Of a stretch of DNA of 64,000 bases, positions 9,472 to 18,870 are shown one piece after another (position 1 is the first letter of the stretch; each line of letters starts with the position of its first letter). The notes under the pieces are model-generated. The model did no database searches and was not told where the DNA came from. It saw nothing but the letters and a program-made list of their open reading frames with translations. Source of the DNA: Candidatus Hadarchaeota archaeon (GTDB lineage: Archaea; CAYQAE01; CAYVLA01). Location: contig CAZUNO010000001.1 of the NCBI GenBank assembly GCA_964621445.1, forward strand, positions 40,496 through 104,495, given 5' to 3'. Made by a program: the position numbers and the translations under genes.

Positions 9472-11330
9472 TCATCATCCAGCAAGGAGGGGAAGGCCTC
9501 CGGGTCCTTATGAGGTAGATAGGTTGCGTCCATATAGTTACCCGTGAAGTTGTTGGTGCAGGTCAATTCCAGATAGGTGATACTTTCGGCAATCTTTTCC
9601 GCCATCTCCCTAAGGGGGCGTGAAAGAAGGGCAAGTTTTGCCCCCACCGCCGCGCCATTCCCGATGAATTTTAGCCGTTTGTTATCGATGTCAGGAATGA
9701 GACCTATTCTCTTTGCGCTGGAGAAGTCTATGTAGTTGCCAAATCCACCGGCGACAAAGAGGGTGGATACATCCTCGATGGTCTTGTCCATGGCTTCTAG
9801 AAGGGACGCCGCCCCGGTGTAGATGGCGGCCTTGGCCAGCTGGACTTCCCGGATGTCCTTCTGGGTCATCACGATATCGCTGTCCAGGCCAGTTTTTTCC
9901 TGGGGGACGAGCACGAATTCCTTTACACCTTCCCTTTCCCTGATTCTAGGATGGTCCTTGAACCTCCCATCCCTGCCTATGATCTCGTTTTTGGCCAGTT
10001 CTCCCACGGTGTCAATTATACCAGCTCCGGCCAGACCCACCGGCGGGGCATCCCCTATGGCCCTGAAATCGATCACCGAGCCCTCTATCCTTACCTTCTG
10101 GATGGCGCCCTTGGCTGCCCTCATACCGAATTTAAGATGCGCACCCTCCAGAGCTGGCCCTGCTGCGCATGAACAGACGGTTAGTCCATCGGAATCTCCC
10201 AGCACTATTTCGCCGTTGGTTCCTATATCAATGGCCATTGAGGTTTCCTCCGCCTCGTATATCCTGGAGGCAAGGATGACCCCAGTGGTGTCAGCACCCA
10301 CGTAACCAGCTAGGATCGGCAGGGCATGGATCGGGGTATCGGGGTGAATGTTTATACCCATCTCACCGGCAGTGGTCTCGACTCCCCTCTGTATCACGGG
10401 AGTGAATGGGGAGACCCCGAGATATTTGGTGGGAAGACCGAGGGAAATGTGATGCATCACGGTGTTCCCCGCGAGGCATACGTCCAGTACGTGGCTGCTA
10501 CATACGCCCACGTAGCTACAGCATCTGGATATTAGCCGGGATATCTCCTCCGCGACGAGAGAGTGAAGCAACTTTCCATTCTTACTGCTACCGCTCTCGA
10601 AGGCTAATCTGGTTACCACGTCCTCTCCATATGGGATCTGGGGGTTTAAGGATGAGTCCGAAGCCAGGGTTTCCCCCGAAAGCAGGTCCACCAGATAACA
10701 GACCAGGGTGGTGGTTCCAATATCTATGGCTGCCCCAACTGACCTGTGGGTGGTGTCTCCGGGCTCGACCCTCACGACCTTGTGGCCGTTCCAGAGGCTT
10801 AGAGTTACGTCCCAGTGGGCATTCCTTAGTATCTTAGGGCCATCCTTGAGGCATTTCCATCCAACCTCCTCCACCGCTATTCCAAGATCATCGGCTTTTC
10901 CTCTCAATCTCTCGAAGTCAGCGATTGGATCATCCAGAGTTGGCTCCTCCAGTTCCAGGTGATGCTTGGTTATCACCGGATCCAGGGCTATCTCGTAGTC
11001 CATGCCCTCGACCAGTATGTCCGGGAACCCCTCCACGCTCTCCGGGGGTATCTCCACGGTAACATCTTGAATGGGGACCGTTAGGCAGGCCAAGCGTACA
11101 TTCTCTTCGACATCAGAACCCAGTATGTCCAATTCGGCGCCACTCGGTTCTCGTACTGAGCCCTGGTCCCTAATCACTACTCTACACTTTCCGCATTTAC
11201 CCCTCCCTCCGCATACCGAGGGTATGAATTCACCGCACCGACGAGCAGCATCAAGTATGGTTTTATTATCCTCTATCTCCGCCCTTTTACCGGAGGGTTG
11301 AAATGTGACCTCAATGCGCCGCTCATCCAT
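9468..11330 (-). CDS. ASKHA-domain ATP-dependent reductive activator of corrinoid proteins (RACo/DUF4445) with N-terminal [2Fe-2S]
   Basis: Motifs CGGRGKCGKC..RLAC, AIDIGTTT, NPQIPYGEDV, IDIGTNGE, CAAGPALEG and QLAKAAI. Confidence 0.93.
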   Translation of the reverse strand: MDERRIEVTFQPSGKRAEIEDNKTILDAARRCGEFIPSVCGGRGKCGKCRVVIRDQGSVREPSGAELDILGSDVEENVRLACLTVPIQDVTVEIPPESVEGFPDILVEGMDYEIALDPVITKHHLELEEPTLDDPIADFERLRGKADDLGIAVEEVGWKCLKDGPKILRNAHWDVTLSLWNGHKVVRVEPGDTTHRSVGAAIDIGTTTLVCYLVDLLSGETLASDSSLNPQIPYGEDVVTRLAFESGSSKNGKLLHSLVAEEISRLISRCCSYVGVCSSHVLDVCLAGNTVMHHISLGLPTKYLGVSPFTPVIQRGVETTAGEMGINIHPDTPIHALPILAGYVGADTTGVILASRIYEAEETSMAIDIGTNGEIVLGDSDGLTVCSCAAGPALEGAHLKFGMRAAKGAIQKVRIEGSVIDFRAIGDAPPVGLAGAGIIDTVGELAKNEIIGRDGRFKDHPRIREREGVKEFVLVPQEKTGLDSDIVMTQKDIREVQLAKAAIYTGAASLLEAMDKTIEDVSTLFVAGGFGNYIDFSSAKRIGLIPDIDNKRLKFIGNGAAVGAKLALLSRPLREMAEKIAESITYLELTCTNNFTGNYMDATYLPHKDPEAFPSLLDDD

Positions 11331-11493
11331 CTTTATAACACCGTGGAAGTGATAGGTGATCCAGGACTGTTCTTAACTGTTCATTTGGTCCAACATAGGA
11401 AAGGGTGTTTCCGATAACAATTGACCGGAAGAGGCAGTCCCAGAGCGCTAAAAAACAACATTTATTCCCCGTATCCAAAACCATATACGGTAA

Positions 11494-12444
11494 ATGTCTC
11501 TATTTGGCCCTACATCGAGGATGGATCAGAAGAGGTACTACACCGAGGAGTGGTCACTTGGAGATGTGCCCGGATTCATTCTTGAGGATATACATTCAAG
11601 GGAATTCGCATTCGATCATGATGGAAGGGGCCCCAGTGATAGATATAACGTACTTGCCGATCCGGGTGCCCTCGAGAGCCAGCTAACCGGTAGACCCCCC
11701 TTCTCGGCCTACTGCAGCGTGGCGTATTACGATGATCCCTCCAAAAGGGAAGGAATATACCGAACGGAGCTGGTATTTGATATAGATGCCAAGGACCTAC
11801 CAGTAAGGAACTGTTCCTGCGACCCTGGCGATGTATGTCCAAAATGCCTCGCTGACTCCAAGCAATTAGCCCTGGAATACATGGCCTGCCTGGAAAAAGA
11901 CCTCGATCTTGATGATATATACATGATATATTCGGGGCGGGGATATCACATCCGGGTATTTGATCGTGGTGTGAGCATGATTACTTCCTCGGATCGTCGC
12001 AAGATCCTGGATTACATATCGGGTGGAATAGTTCCCAAGAATCTATTCATAGAGCACGGTTACAGTTCGATTTTCCGGAGGAGGGCCATATGGATAATAG
12101 AAAGAGCGGAGAAGGGAGACCTGGAAAATATTCCCGATTCAGTTTCAAAAAGGCTATTCGGAAAAAAGGAAGCCATCATCGAGGCTCTGGAGCAAAGAGA
12201 TCGAATGGCTTTAAACAAGCTGATGGGAGAGAGGAGGCTGAGTGCACTTCTGAGCAGCATAGCGAATATGGCCTCATCGCTGACCGATGCTAAGGTTACC
12301 ATGGATGAAAAGAGGATAATCAGGCTGCCCAGCAGCTTACATTCAAAGGTTAGCATGAAGTGCATGTTGATTCCTGACCCTCAGAATTTTGACCCCCTGG
12401 AGGAGGCCGTGCCCCAGTTCGTGAAAGAGAGGGAGGATGGTTAA
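11494..12444 (+). CDS. priS: DNA primase catalytic (small) subunit
   Basis: Motifs REFAFD, ELVFDIDAKD, CxC..CxxC zinc site, YSGRGYH and RIIRLPSSLH. Confidence 0.95.
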   Translation: MSLFGPTSRMDQKRYYTEEWSLGDVPGFILEDIHSREFAFDHDGRGPSDRYNVLADPGALESQLTGRPPFSAYCSVAYYDDPSKREGIYRTELVFDIDAKDLPVRNCSCDPGDVCPKCLADSKQLALEYMACLEKDLDLDDIYMIYSGRGYHIRVFDRGVSMITSSDRRKILDYISGGIVPKNLFIEHGYSSIFRRRAIWIIERAEKGDLENIPDSVSKRLFGKKEAIIEALEQRDRMALNKLMGERRLSALLSSIANMASSLTDAKVTMDEKRIIRLPSSLHSKVSMKCMLIPDPQNFDPLEEAVPQFVKEREDG

Positions 12445-15299
12445 TGTCAGGAACCGAGCCCTCGGTCGCTCCGTCTTCTCCAACCGGGGAGTCCCAGGGG
12501 ATTTTTTCCCAGTTTCACGCCGAGATAAGGGAGGAGTTGAATGGCAAGGGGTTTACAACGCCAACTAGGATACAGGAAAAGGCAATTCCCCTGGTAATGG
12601 AAGGAGATCATGCCTTGGTCATCGCCCCAACCGGAGAGGGCAAGACCGAAGTTGCAGTTCTTCCGATTCTGGACAAGATGGTCAGGGAGGGGAAGCCGGA
12701 ACCGATAAGCGTGCTCTATATCGCTCCTCTGAGGGCCTTGAATAGGGACCTTCTTGACCGCATAGAGTCATGGGGGGCCAAGTTAGGGTTCAGGGTCGAG
12801 GTGCGCCATGGCGATACATCCTCCAGACAGCGGAGAAAGCAGGCCCTTCGCCCTCCTCATGCCCTGATAACCACGCCCGAGACCCTACAGGCCATCCTGC
12901 CAGGAAGCACAATGCGGAAGCACCTTGCCCATGTGAAACACGTAGTCGTTGATGAGGTACATGAGCTTGCTGAGGACAAGAGAGGCATACAGCTCTCGCT
13001 GGCCCTAGAACGGCTTGCGAATATTGCCGGCGAGTTTCAGAGGATAGGACTATCGGCCACGGTGGGCTCTCCGGATAAGGTATCCCATTTTCTGGGCGGC
13101 GACCGGGAGGTCCAGATCTGTAGGGTAGGGTTCCTGGGAGGGGCTTCCCTTTCGGTTCAGATTCCGAACCCTGAGCCGGAGGATGAGATAACCTCCAAGA
13201 AACTCATGATTTCCAGAAAGAGCGCGGCCAGACTGAGGAGGATAAGGGAGCTGGTGGATGAGCATAGGTCTACCTTGATATTCGTCAACACGCGTGATAT
13301 GGCAGAGATACTGTCCTCAAGGTTCAACCAATGGGACAAAGAGATGGGGGTGGATGTTCACCATAGCTCTCTTTCCAGCGGGGTACGAATCGATGCCGAG
13401 AGACGTTTCAAATCCGAGGAGTCAAGGGGCATTATCTGTACATCCTCCATGGAGTTGGGTATAGATGTTGGAAGTGTTGACCTGGTGGTACAGTATGAAT
13501 CCCCCCGTCAACCGGCACGCCTGATCCAGAGGGTTGGTAGATCGGGCCACCGGACGGACATGAGTTCAAAGGGGGTTGTGATAGCCATCAGTGCGGATGA
13601 TGTGCTGGAATCCATGGTTGTCTCCAGGAGGGCCAAATCCGAGGAGATAGAGGAGAGCCTTATACCGGAAAGATGCCTGGACGTCCTTGCCCATCAGGTC
13701 GTGGGTTTCTGCCTGGAGAACCAGGACGTGGAGGCTCCAGATATACTCTCGCTGTTCAGAAGGGCTCAACCTTATAGGAGGCTTTCAGGCGAGGACCTAA
13801 TGAGGGTGATCAGGCAGCTTGAGGACCAGAGGATGCTATGGGTCGATGGTACGAGACTTAGGCGAAGGAGAGCTGCCTGGCAGTACTACTACGAGAACCT
13901 TAGCACCATACCCGATGTCAAGCGATTCAGGATAATCAACATGGTAACCAATCAGCAGATAGGAACCCTGGACGAGGAGTTCGTGGCAACTAAGGCTAAA
14001 CCCGGAGGAACCTTCATCACCAAGGGAGAAACCTGGACCATTCTTGAGATAGAGGAGGATAGGGTGATGGTAGCCCCGGCCGAGAATCAGATGGGGGCAG
14101 TACCCGGTTGGGTTGGAGAGATGATTCCCGTTCCTTATTGCGTTGCCCAGGAAGTGGGAAGACTTCGTCAAATACTTGTATCCGATCCAGAGGGAGAGGG
14201 GATCATGGACCAGTACCCTATCAGCCAAAGGGAGCTTTCTCTGGTGAGTAGATACATCCAATCCCAGAAGGAGAGAAGCGTTGTTCCCACCGATAACAAG
14301 ATAGTGCTGGAGGCTTACAGGAACAAGGTCATTTTGCATGGGTGTTTTGGGACCAAGGCCAACGAAACCATTGCCCGGGTGGTGGCCTCCCTACTCACGG
14401 CAAGACTAGGCTCTGCCGTTGGAGTTAGGATAGACCCCTATAGAATGGTATTCACCTTTCCGGAAGGAAAGGGTGGCCCTGAATTGATCATCGAGACCAT
14501 CAAGGACCTGGATAGCAAGCACGTGATTCCCATCCTGGAGATCGTGATGAAGAGGACCTCCATGTTCAAATGGAGACTTGTCCATGTGGCGAAGCGGTTT
14601 GGGGCGATGAGAAGGGATGTCGATTACCAGTCCATAAGCCTGGACAGGGTGGCAATGGTCTTTGAGGGAACTCCCCTGTACGACGAGACACTGAATGAGT
14701 TGATGAGGGATAAGCTGGATGTGGAGAGAGCATCCGAGGTTCTAAGTAAGATAAAGAATGGTGAGATCGGATATGATATAGTCACCACCAATAAGGTAGC
14801 CCCTCTCTCGGCCCCAATTCTGAAACACGAGGGTTTCTCTGATGTCATCTCTCCCGAGAGCCCGACAGAGGAAATCATGAAAATACTCAAGAGAAGGTTG
14901 ATGAAAAGGAGGGTCAAACTCCTTTGCCTGAACTGTCTCAGTTCCGTGAAGAGAAGGGTGGGAGAGGTTGAGGAGAGCCCAAGGTGTTGGAACTGCGGCT
15001 CTAAGGTGATTGCCTCCCTTAGACCAGCGGATAAGGAGACGGAGAAAGCACTAAGGAAAAGGGAAAAGGGGTTACGACTTACCAAATCCGAGAAGGACCT
15101 GGTGGAGAAGGCCAGTTTGAGCGCCGACCTAGTTTCCGAATATGGTAGGAAGGCAGCCATGACCCTGGCCGCGAGGGGCATAGGGCCCCAGACGGCGGCC
15201 CGCACCCTATCGAAACTTCACCCGAGCGAGAACGAATTGCTCAAGGATATATTTTCCCAAGAGAAACTTTACGTCCGAACCAGAAGGTTCTGGGATTAG
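12444..15299 (+). CDS. lhr: Lhr-like SF2 helicase with C-terminal Cys4 zinc motif
   Basis: Motifs APTGEGKT, PLRALNRD, TTPETL, DEVH, SAT, SSMELGID and QRVGRSGH; CLNC..CWNC near the C-terminus. Confidence 0.93.
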   Translation: MSGTEPSVAPSSPTGESQGIFSQFHAEIREELNGKGFTTPTRIQEKAIPLVMEGDHALVIAPTGEGKTEVAVLPILDKMVREGKPEPISVLYIAPLRALNRDLLDRIESWGAKLGFRVEVRHGDTSSRQRRKQALRPPHALITTPETLQAILPGSTMRKHLAHVKHVVVDEVHELAEDKRGIQLSLALERLANIAGEFQRIGLSATVGSPDKVSHFLGGDREVQICRVGFLGGASLSVQIPNPEPEDEITSKKLMISRKSAARLRRIRELVDEHRSTLIFVNTRDMAEILSSRFNQWDKEMGVDVHHSSLSSGVRIDAERRFKSEESRGIICTSSMELGIDVGSVDLVVQYESPRQPARLIQRVGRSGHRTDMSSKGVVIAISADDVLESMVVSRRAKSEEIEESLIPERCLDVLAHQVVGFCLENQDVEAPDILSLFRRAQPYRRLSGEDLMRVIRQLEDQRMLWVDGTRLRRRRAAWQYYYENLSTIPDVKRFRIINMVTNQQIGTLDEEFVATKAKPGGTFITKGETWTILEIEEDRVMVAPAENQMGAVPGWVGEMIPVPYCVAQEVGRLRQILVSDPEGEGIMDQYPISQRELSLVSRYIQSQKERSVVPTDNKIVLEAYRNKVILHGCFGTKANETIARVVASLLTARLGSAVGVRIDPYRMVFTFPEGKGGPELIIETIKDLDSKHVIPILEIVMKRTSMFKWRLVHVAKRFGAMRRDVDYQSISLDRVAMVFEGTPLYDETLNELMRDKLDVERASEVLSKIKNGEIGYDIVTTNKVAPLSAPILKHEGFSDVISPESPTEEIMKILKRRLMKRRVKLLCLNCLSSVKRRVGEVEESPRCWNCGSKVIASLRPADKETEKALRKREKGLRLTKSEKDLVEKASLSADLVSEYGRKAAMTLAARGIGPQTAARTLSKLHPSENELLKDIFSQEKLYVRTRRFWD

Positions 15300-15302
15300 A
15301 AT

Positions 15303-16175
15303 TCACATCATGTCGAATTCCTTGAGCAGCATGAGTTCATCCAGCTCTACTTTCTGCCCGGCCCTAAGCTTCTCCAAAGCAGCTTCTGCTCGCTCTTTGA
15401 GCTTCTTCTGAGTAGATTGGCTTCTTCTATGTTCCTTGGTGTGTTCGATGACCTTTCCTTTCTTGACCAATTTGGACAGTTTCTTTCGCGTTTCAAGTAA
15501 CTGGGCATGCTTCTTATCGGCCTTCTTTATTACATCCAACATATTATGGTGGTACTCGTCGGCCTGCTTGCGTTTGGGCTTGCTCTTCTCGATGGTCTCG
15601 ATCATCTTCTTGTGATGTTTCTGGGATTCCTTGGAGAGTTCCAGTACCTTCGAGTGAAGCTTGGAAGAGCTCACCCTGAGTGCTTCGACCTTGATACTCT
15701 CATCACCCAGGTCCTTCAGTTTATCCCTTAGTTTCCGAGATTCCTCAAGCTCCTCCCTAATCTTCTCAATCTTATCCACCAGCTTCCGTTCCTTTTGTAT
15801 ACTTAAAACGCTGGTTTGTATCTGCCACTCCAGCCGCTTGATCTCTTCCTTTATTTCCTCTTCGGGCCGGAACTTGGGCAGCTTCTTCCGATCAATGCCC
15901 ATCTCGTCCATCTTGTTCCTGGTTATCTTTGCAGCCTTGGTAGCCTCGTTCCTGCGTTTCTTGTGTACCTTGATCTTTGCGTTTAACTTGTCCCGCTGTG
16001 CTTTGTATTCGTTGGCTTTCTCCATCAATTCTTTGACTTCGGCGTTATACTGGTCCCTCTTCTCCCTCAGTTTTCTTGCCTTTTGGTTGAGGGCGTCTCT
16101 TTCGTTCTTGAGCTTTTTGGCCGTTTCATATAATCCGTCTACCTTGGCCTCAAGCTCCTCCTTGTCATCAGGCAT
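15303..16175 (-). CDS. Archaeal coiled-coil protein (COG1340-like)
   Basis: K/E-rich heptads with KRD.LN repeats, LEWQIQTSVL..KE.KLV and a C-terminal G.K..LDEL motif. Confidence 0.8.
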   Translation of the reverse strand: MPDDKEELEAKVDGLYETAKKLKNERDALNQKARKLREKRDQYNAEVKELMEKANEYKAQRDKLNAKIKVHKKRRNEATKAAKITRNKMDEMGIDRKKLPKFRPEEEIKEEIKRLEWQIQTSVLSIQKERKLVDKIEKIREELEESRKLRDKLKDLGDESIKVEALRVSSSKLHSKVLELSKESQKHHKKMIETIEKSKPKRKQADEYHHNMLDVIKKADKKHAQLLETRKKLSKLVKKGKVIEHTKEHRRSQSTQKKLKERAEAALEKLRAGQKVELDELMLLKEFDMM

Positions 16176-16294
16176 TCGCTACCCTTGTAGATATCCAGCA
16201 TATTTATTGGTTTTCAGGCAGACAACTATATACTGGAGAAAAAATATTATATGAAGCCGTCTGTCCGACATTTCATTCAGCTCGGGGAACTCAT

Positions 16295-17710
16295 ATGTAC
16301 ATGATTCTGGGGTATACGGAGGTTACCGCCAATGTCGCCTCATTCATAGATAGATCTCTTAAAGAGGAAGTTACCATCGTTCAGAAGGACGATGAAAAGG
16401 CAGAGGATCTAAGGGATAGGGGTTACGGAGTGGTGGTGGGCAATCCCAGGAACCTAACCACCTTGACCAGAGCCAGATTGAAGGATGAAGCGGACGTGGT
16501 TCTAGTGATGGGGGAGAGCGGAAGGGAGACACGCAATATTTGCGAGACCGTAAAACGCGAGTTCCCTGAAAAGTTCATGGTGGCCATAGCCTCAAGGACC
16601 CAGGACAAGAAGATACTGGACAAGATATCAATCGATAGAATAATCGTTGATTCGGAAGCAGCTGCCGAATTCATAAACCAACAGCTGGCCAACTTGAGAC
16701 CTCTGAACAAGCTGAACAAGCTTAGATCAATAATGCGTTCCAGCGAAGATCGAATGGCCATACTGATTCACGATAATCCCGATCCGGATGCCGTTTCAAG
16801 TGCAGTAGCCCTGGCTGAGATAGCCAAGCTTGAGGGCCTAAAGGCCGAAATCATGTATGCTGGTGAAATAGGTAGAGATGAAAACAGGGCCCTGGTCAAT
16901 TTGCTGGGGGCCAAAATGACCAAAGTCGATGTGATTACCAAGCACATCTTGAGAACCTACAAAACAGTCGCTCTGGTTGATGTATCCAATCTGAGCTACG
17001 TAAGCGCTCTAACTGCAGATAGAACGCCGGATATAATCATAGATCACCATCTGCATGAAAATGAGCTTAACGCCGATTTCATTGATCTTCGTGAATCAAT
17101 CGGCTCAACTGCCGCGATAATGACCCAGTACCTGCGCCTTGCAGGGATCACTCCGGATTCTAAGTTGGCGTCTGCCCTTCTATATGGCATAATGACCGAT
17201 ACTGCCGAATTTACCAGGGGGATGACCCCAGATGATATTAAGGCCGTGAATTATCTGGTCCCCCATTCAGATCAGGATCTTTTAGAGAAGATAAAATCGC
17301 CGAGCGTCTCCATGGATACCGCGGATGCCTTGGCGGTAGCCATTAATAATAGAGAATTGGTGCGCGACGTGCTTATCTCGACTGCTGGGGCAATTGGAAA
17401 TCGGGATGCGATCCCCCAGGCATGTGAATATCTGCTGAATTTGGAAGGTGTTGCCAGCACCTTCGTTTTTGCCATCGTAAAGGATAAAATTGTGATTAAT
17501 GCTAGAACCAAGGACGTGAGGATGAACGTTGCGGATGTAATGAAGCGCGCTTTTGGTGAGATGGGTTCGTCAGGCGGCCATCCGACCTCCGCGGGAGCTA
17601 CCATACCCCTAGGTGTATTTGCAGGTAGCCAGGACGAGGGCATGCTCACCTCAATGGTAAGGGAAAGCGTGACCAGAAGGCTCCTCGATGCAATGAATAT
17701 CGAGAAATAA
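16295..17710 (+). CDS. TrkA-N (RCK) domain + DHH/DHHA1 phosphoesterase
   Basis: N-terminal Rossmann-like RCK segment; motifs HDNPDPDA, IDHH, GIMTDT and GGH. Confidence 0.88.
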   Translation: MYMILGYTEVTANVASFIDRSLKEEVTIVQKDDEKAEDLRDRGYGVVVGNPRNLTTLTRARLKDEADVVLVMGESGRETRNICETVKREFPEKFMVAIASRTQDKKILDKISIDRIIVDSEAAAEFINQQLANLRPLNKLNKLRSIMRSSEDRMAILIHDNPDPDAVSSAVALAEIAKLEGLKAEIMYAGEIGRDENRALVNLLGAKMTKVDVITKHILRTYKTVALVDVSNLSYVSALTADRTPDIIIDHHLHENELNADFIDLRESIGSTAAIMTQYLRLAGITPDSKLASALLYGIMTDTAEFTRGMTPDDIKAVNYLVPHSDQDLLEKIKSPSVSMDTADALAVAINNRELVRDVLISTAGAIGNRDAIPQACEYLLNLEGVASTFVFAIVKDKIVINARTKDVRMNVADVMKRAFGEMGSSGGHPTSAGATIPLGVFAGSQDEGMLTSMVRESVTRRLLDAMNIEK

Positions 17711-17714
17711 TCGG

Positions 17715-17915
17715 TCAGGCCTTTGCAGACTGGACGATGATCACGTCACCGACAGCAGTCACCTTCTCATAGGGGATACCGGTTTTACCCTTGAGCAGAA
17801 TGGCGGAAATTCTACCTTCTCTGGCCTCAATCATTACATTTTCAATTCTCCCAAGATGGTTTCCCGTACTGCTAAATACTTCTTTGTCGTAAAGGGTGGA
17901 TACACGTATAGTCAA
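17715..17915 (-). CDS. Small PRC-barrel domain protein (CdpB-like)
   Basis: LYDKEVFSSTG.HLG.IENV..IPYEKVTAVGDVIIV pattern; TTG start with GAGGTGA ribosome-binding site. Confidence 0.85.
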   Translation of the reverse strand: MTIRVSTLYDKEVFSSTGNHLGRIENVMIEAREGRISAILLKGKTGIPYEKVTAVGDVIIVQSAKA

Positions 17916-17940
17916 GAGTTCACCTCAACACGGTCGGCTA

Positions 17941-18002
17941 TTTCACCCCGTCGGTCCATGCCATGAAAGTGTATGGCTTCCTCGGTCCAATAGGGCGTGA
18001 AA
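17941..18002 (-). ncRNA. Candidate structured RNA hairpin in the 5' leader of the PRC-barrel gene
   Basis: Nested complementary segments TTTCAC/GTGAAA, CCC/GGG, TGGACCG/TGGACCG (G-U closed) and GCCAT/ATGGC. Begins about 26 nt after a BRE-TATA-like element. Confidence 0.45.
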
Positions 18003-18020
18003 GGATATATCAGCCTTTTA

Positions 18021-18037
18021 GGATAAAAGTCTTTCTT
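18021..18037 (-). promoter_or_regulatory. BRE-TATA-like promoter for the hairpin leader and PRC-barrel gene
   Basis: Minus strand reads AAGAAAGAC-TTTTATCC, a purine-rich BRE followed by a TATA-like box. Confidence 0.4.
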
Positions 18038-18060
18038 GCCGGGAGCATCGGGCTAAGATA

Positions 18061-18648
18061 ATGGGTGATGGCATGTGGCCGCTTGAAAACCAACCCTCGT
18101 TTTTGGAGTCTGAGTCCATTCAGATACTTGTCTCAACGGTTACTCTGGGCTCGGCTTTTACACTCGCCCAGAGAGGGGGTTGGAGGACTTTTGTGATCGC
18201 CTGTGCTACGGTTGGGATTGGTTTTGTTGGCCACGAGCTTGCTCACAAGTATATGGCCATGCGCTTTGGTTATCAGGCACGTTATAGAATCTGGCCCATG
18301 GGGCTGGTTTTAGCCCTGCTATTGGCCTTTGTTGCAGTGATATTTGCGGCCCTGGGAGCTGTGAGGATAAGGGGAGCAGGGATGACCAGGGATGAACGGG
18401 GGATTATTTCATTGGCTGGGCCGACATTCAACATTATTCTTTCCGCCCTGTTTATGGGAATGGCAACCGTGTTTTCAGGGGTGTATTCGCAATTTTTTGA
18501 ATTTGGTGCCTTCATTAACGCGCTCATCGCCCTCTTCAACTGCATTCCTTTTTCAATTCTAGATGGTAAGAAGATCTTCGACTGGGATAAGTCAATGTGG
18601 GTTCTAGCGGTCGTGGTGGCTGGCGTACTATTCATATTAAATCAATGA
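18061..18648 (+). CDS. Site-2 protease family (M50) membrane Zn metalloprotease
   Basis: Motifs HELAH, ISLAGP and FNCIPFSILDG. Confidence 0.92.
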   Translation: MGDGMWPLENQPSFLESESIQILVSTVTLGSAFTLAQRGGWRTFVIACATVGIGFVGHELAHKYMAMRFGYQARYRIWPMGLVLALLLAFVAVIFAALGAVRIRGAGMTRDERGIISLAGPTFNIILSALFMGMATVFSGVYSQFFEFGAFINALIALFNCIPFSILDGKKIFDWDKSMWVLAVVVAGVLFILNQ

Positions 18649-18652
18649 TATG

Positions 18653-18759
18653 TGGAGGGGGTGGGAGTCGAACCCACGAAGGCATGCGCCGCCCCGAAGG
18701 GACATCTGCGCCACGAGATCTTGAGTCTCGCCCGTTTGACCAGACTCCGGAACCCCTCC
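18653..18759 (-). tRNA. tRNA-Leu(CAA) with a 22-nt intron (18684-18705) in the variable arm
   Basis: Acceptor GGAGGGG/CCCCTCC, discriminator A, anticodon arm CGAGA-CTCAAGA-TCTCG, T arm GTGGG-TTCGACT-CCCAC. The 36-nt variable region folds as a BHB-like motif. Confidence 0.92.
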
Positions 18760-18870
18760 GTGTTTGGATACTAGTTGACGGCATAGAAATATGCTTTGCC
18801 GACCTCTACGGACCCCCTGATGGTGGTAGAAACAAACATAAGAGAGTTACGGGTAACCGAAAACGGTCAA

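Noticed and set aside
15303-16175. SMC- or ESCRT-like protein suggested by the long coiled coil
   Set aside because: No ATPase motifs; the pattern fits the common archaeal COG1340-type coiled-coil family.
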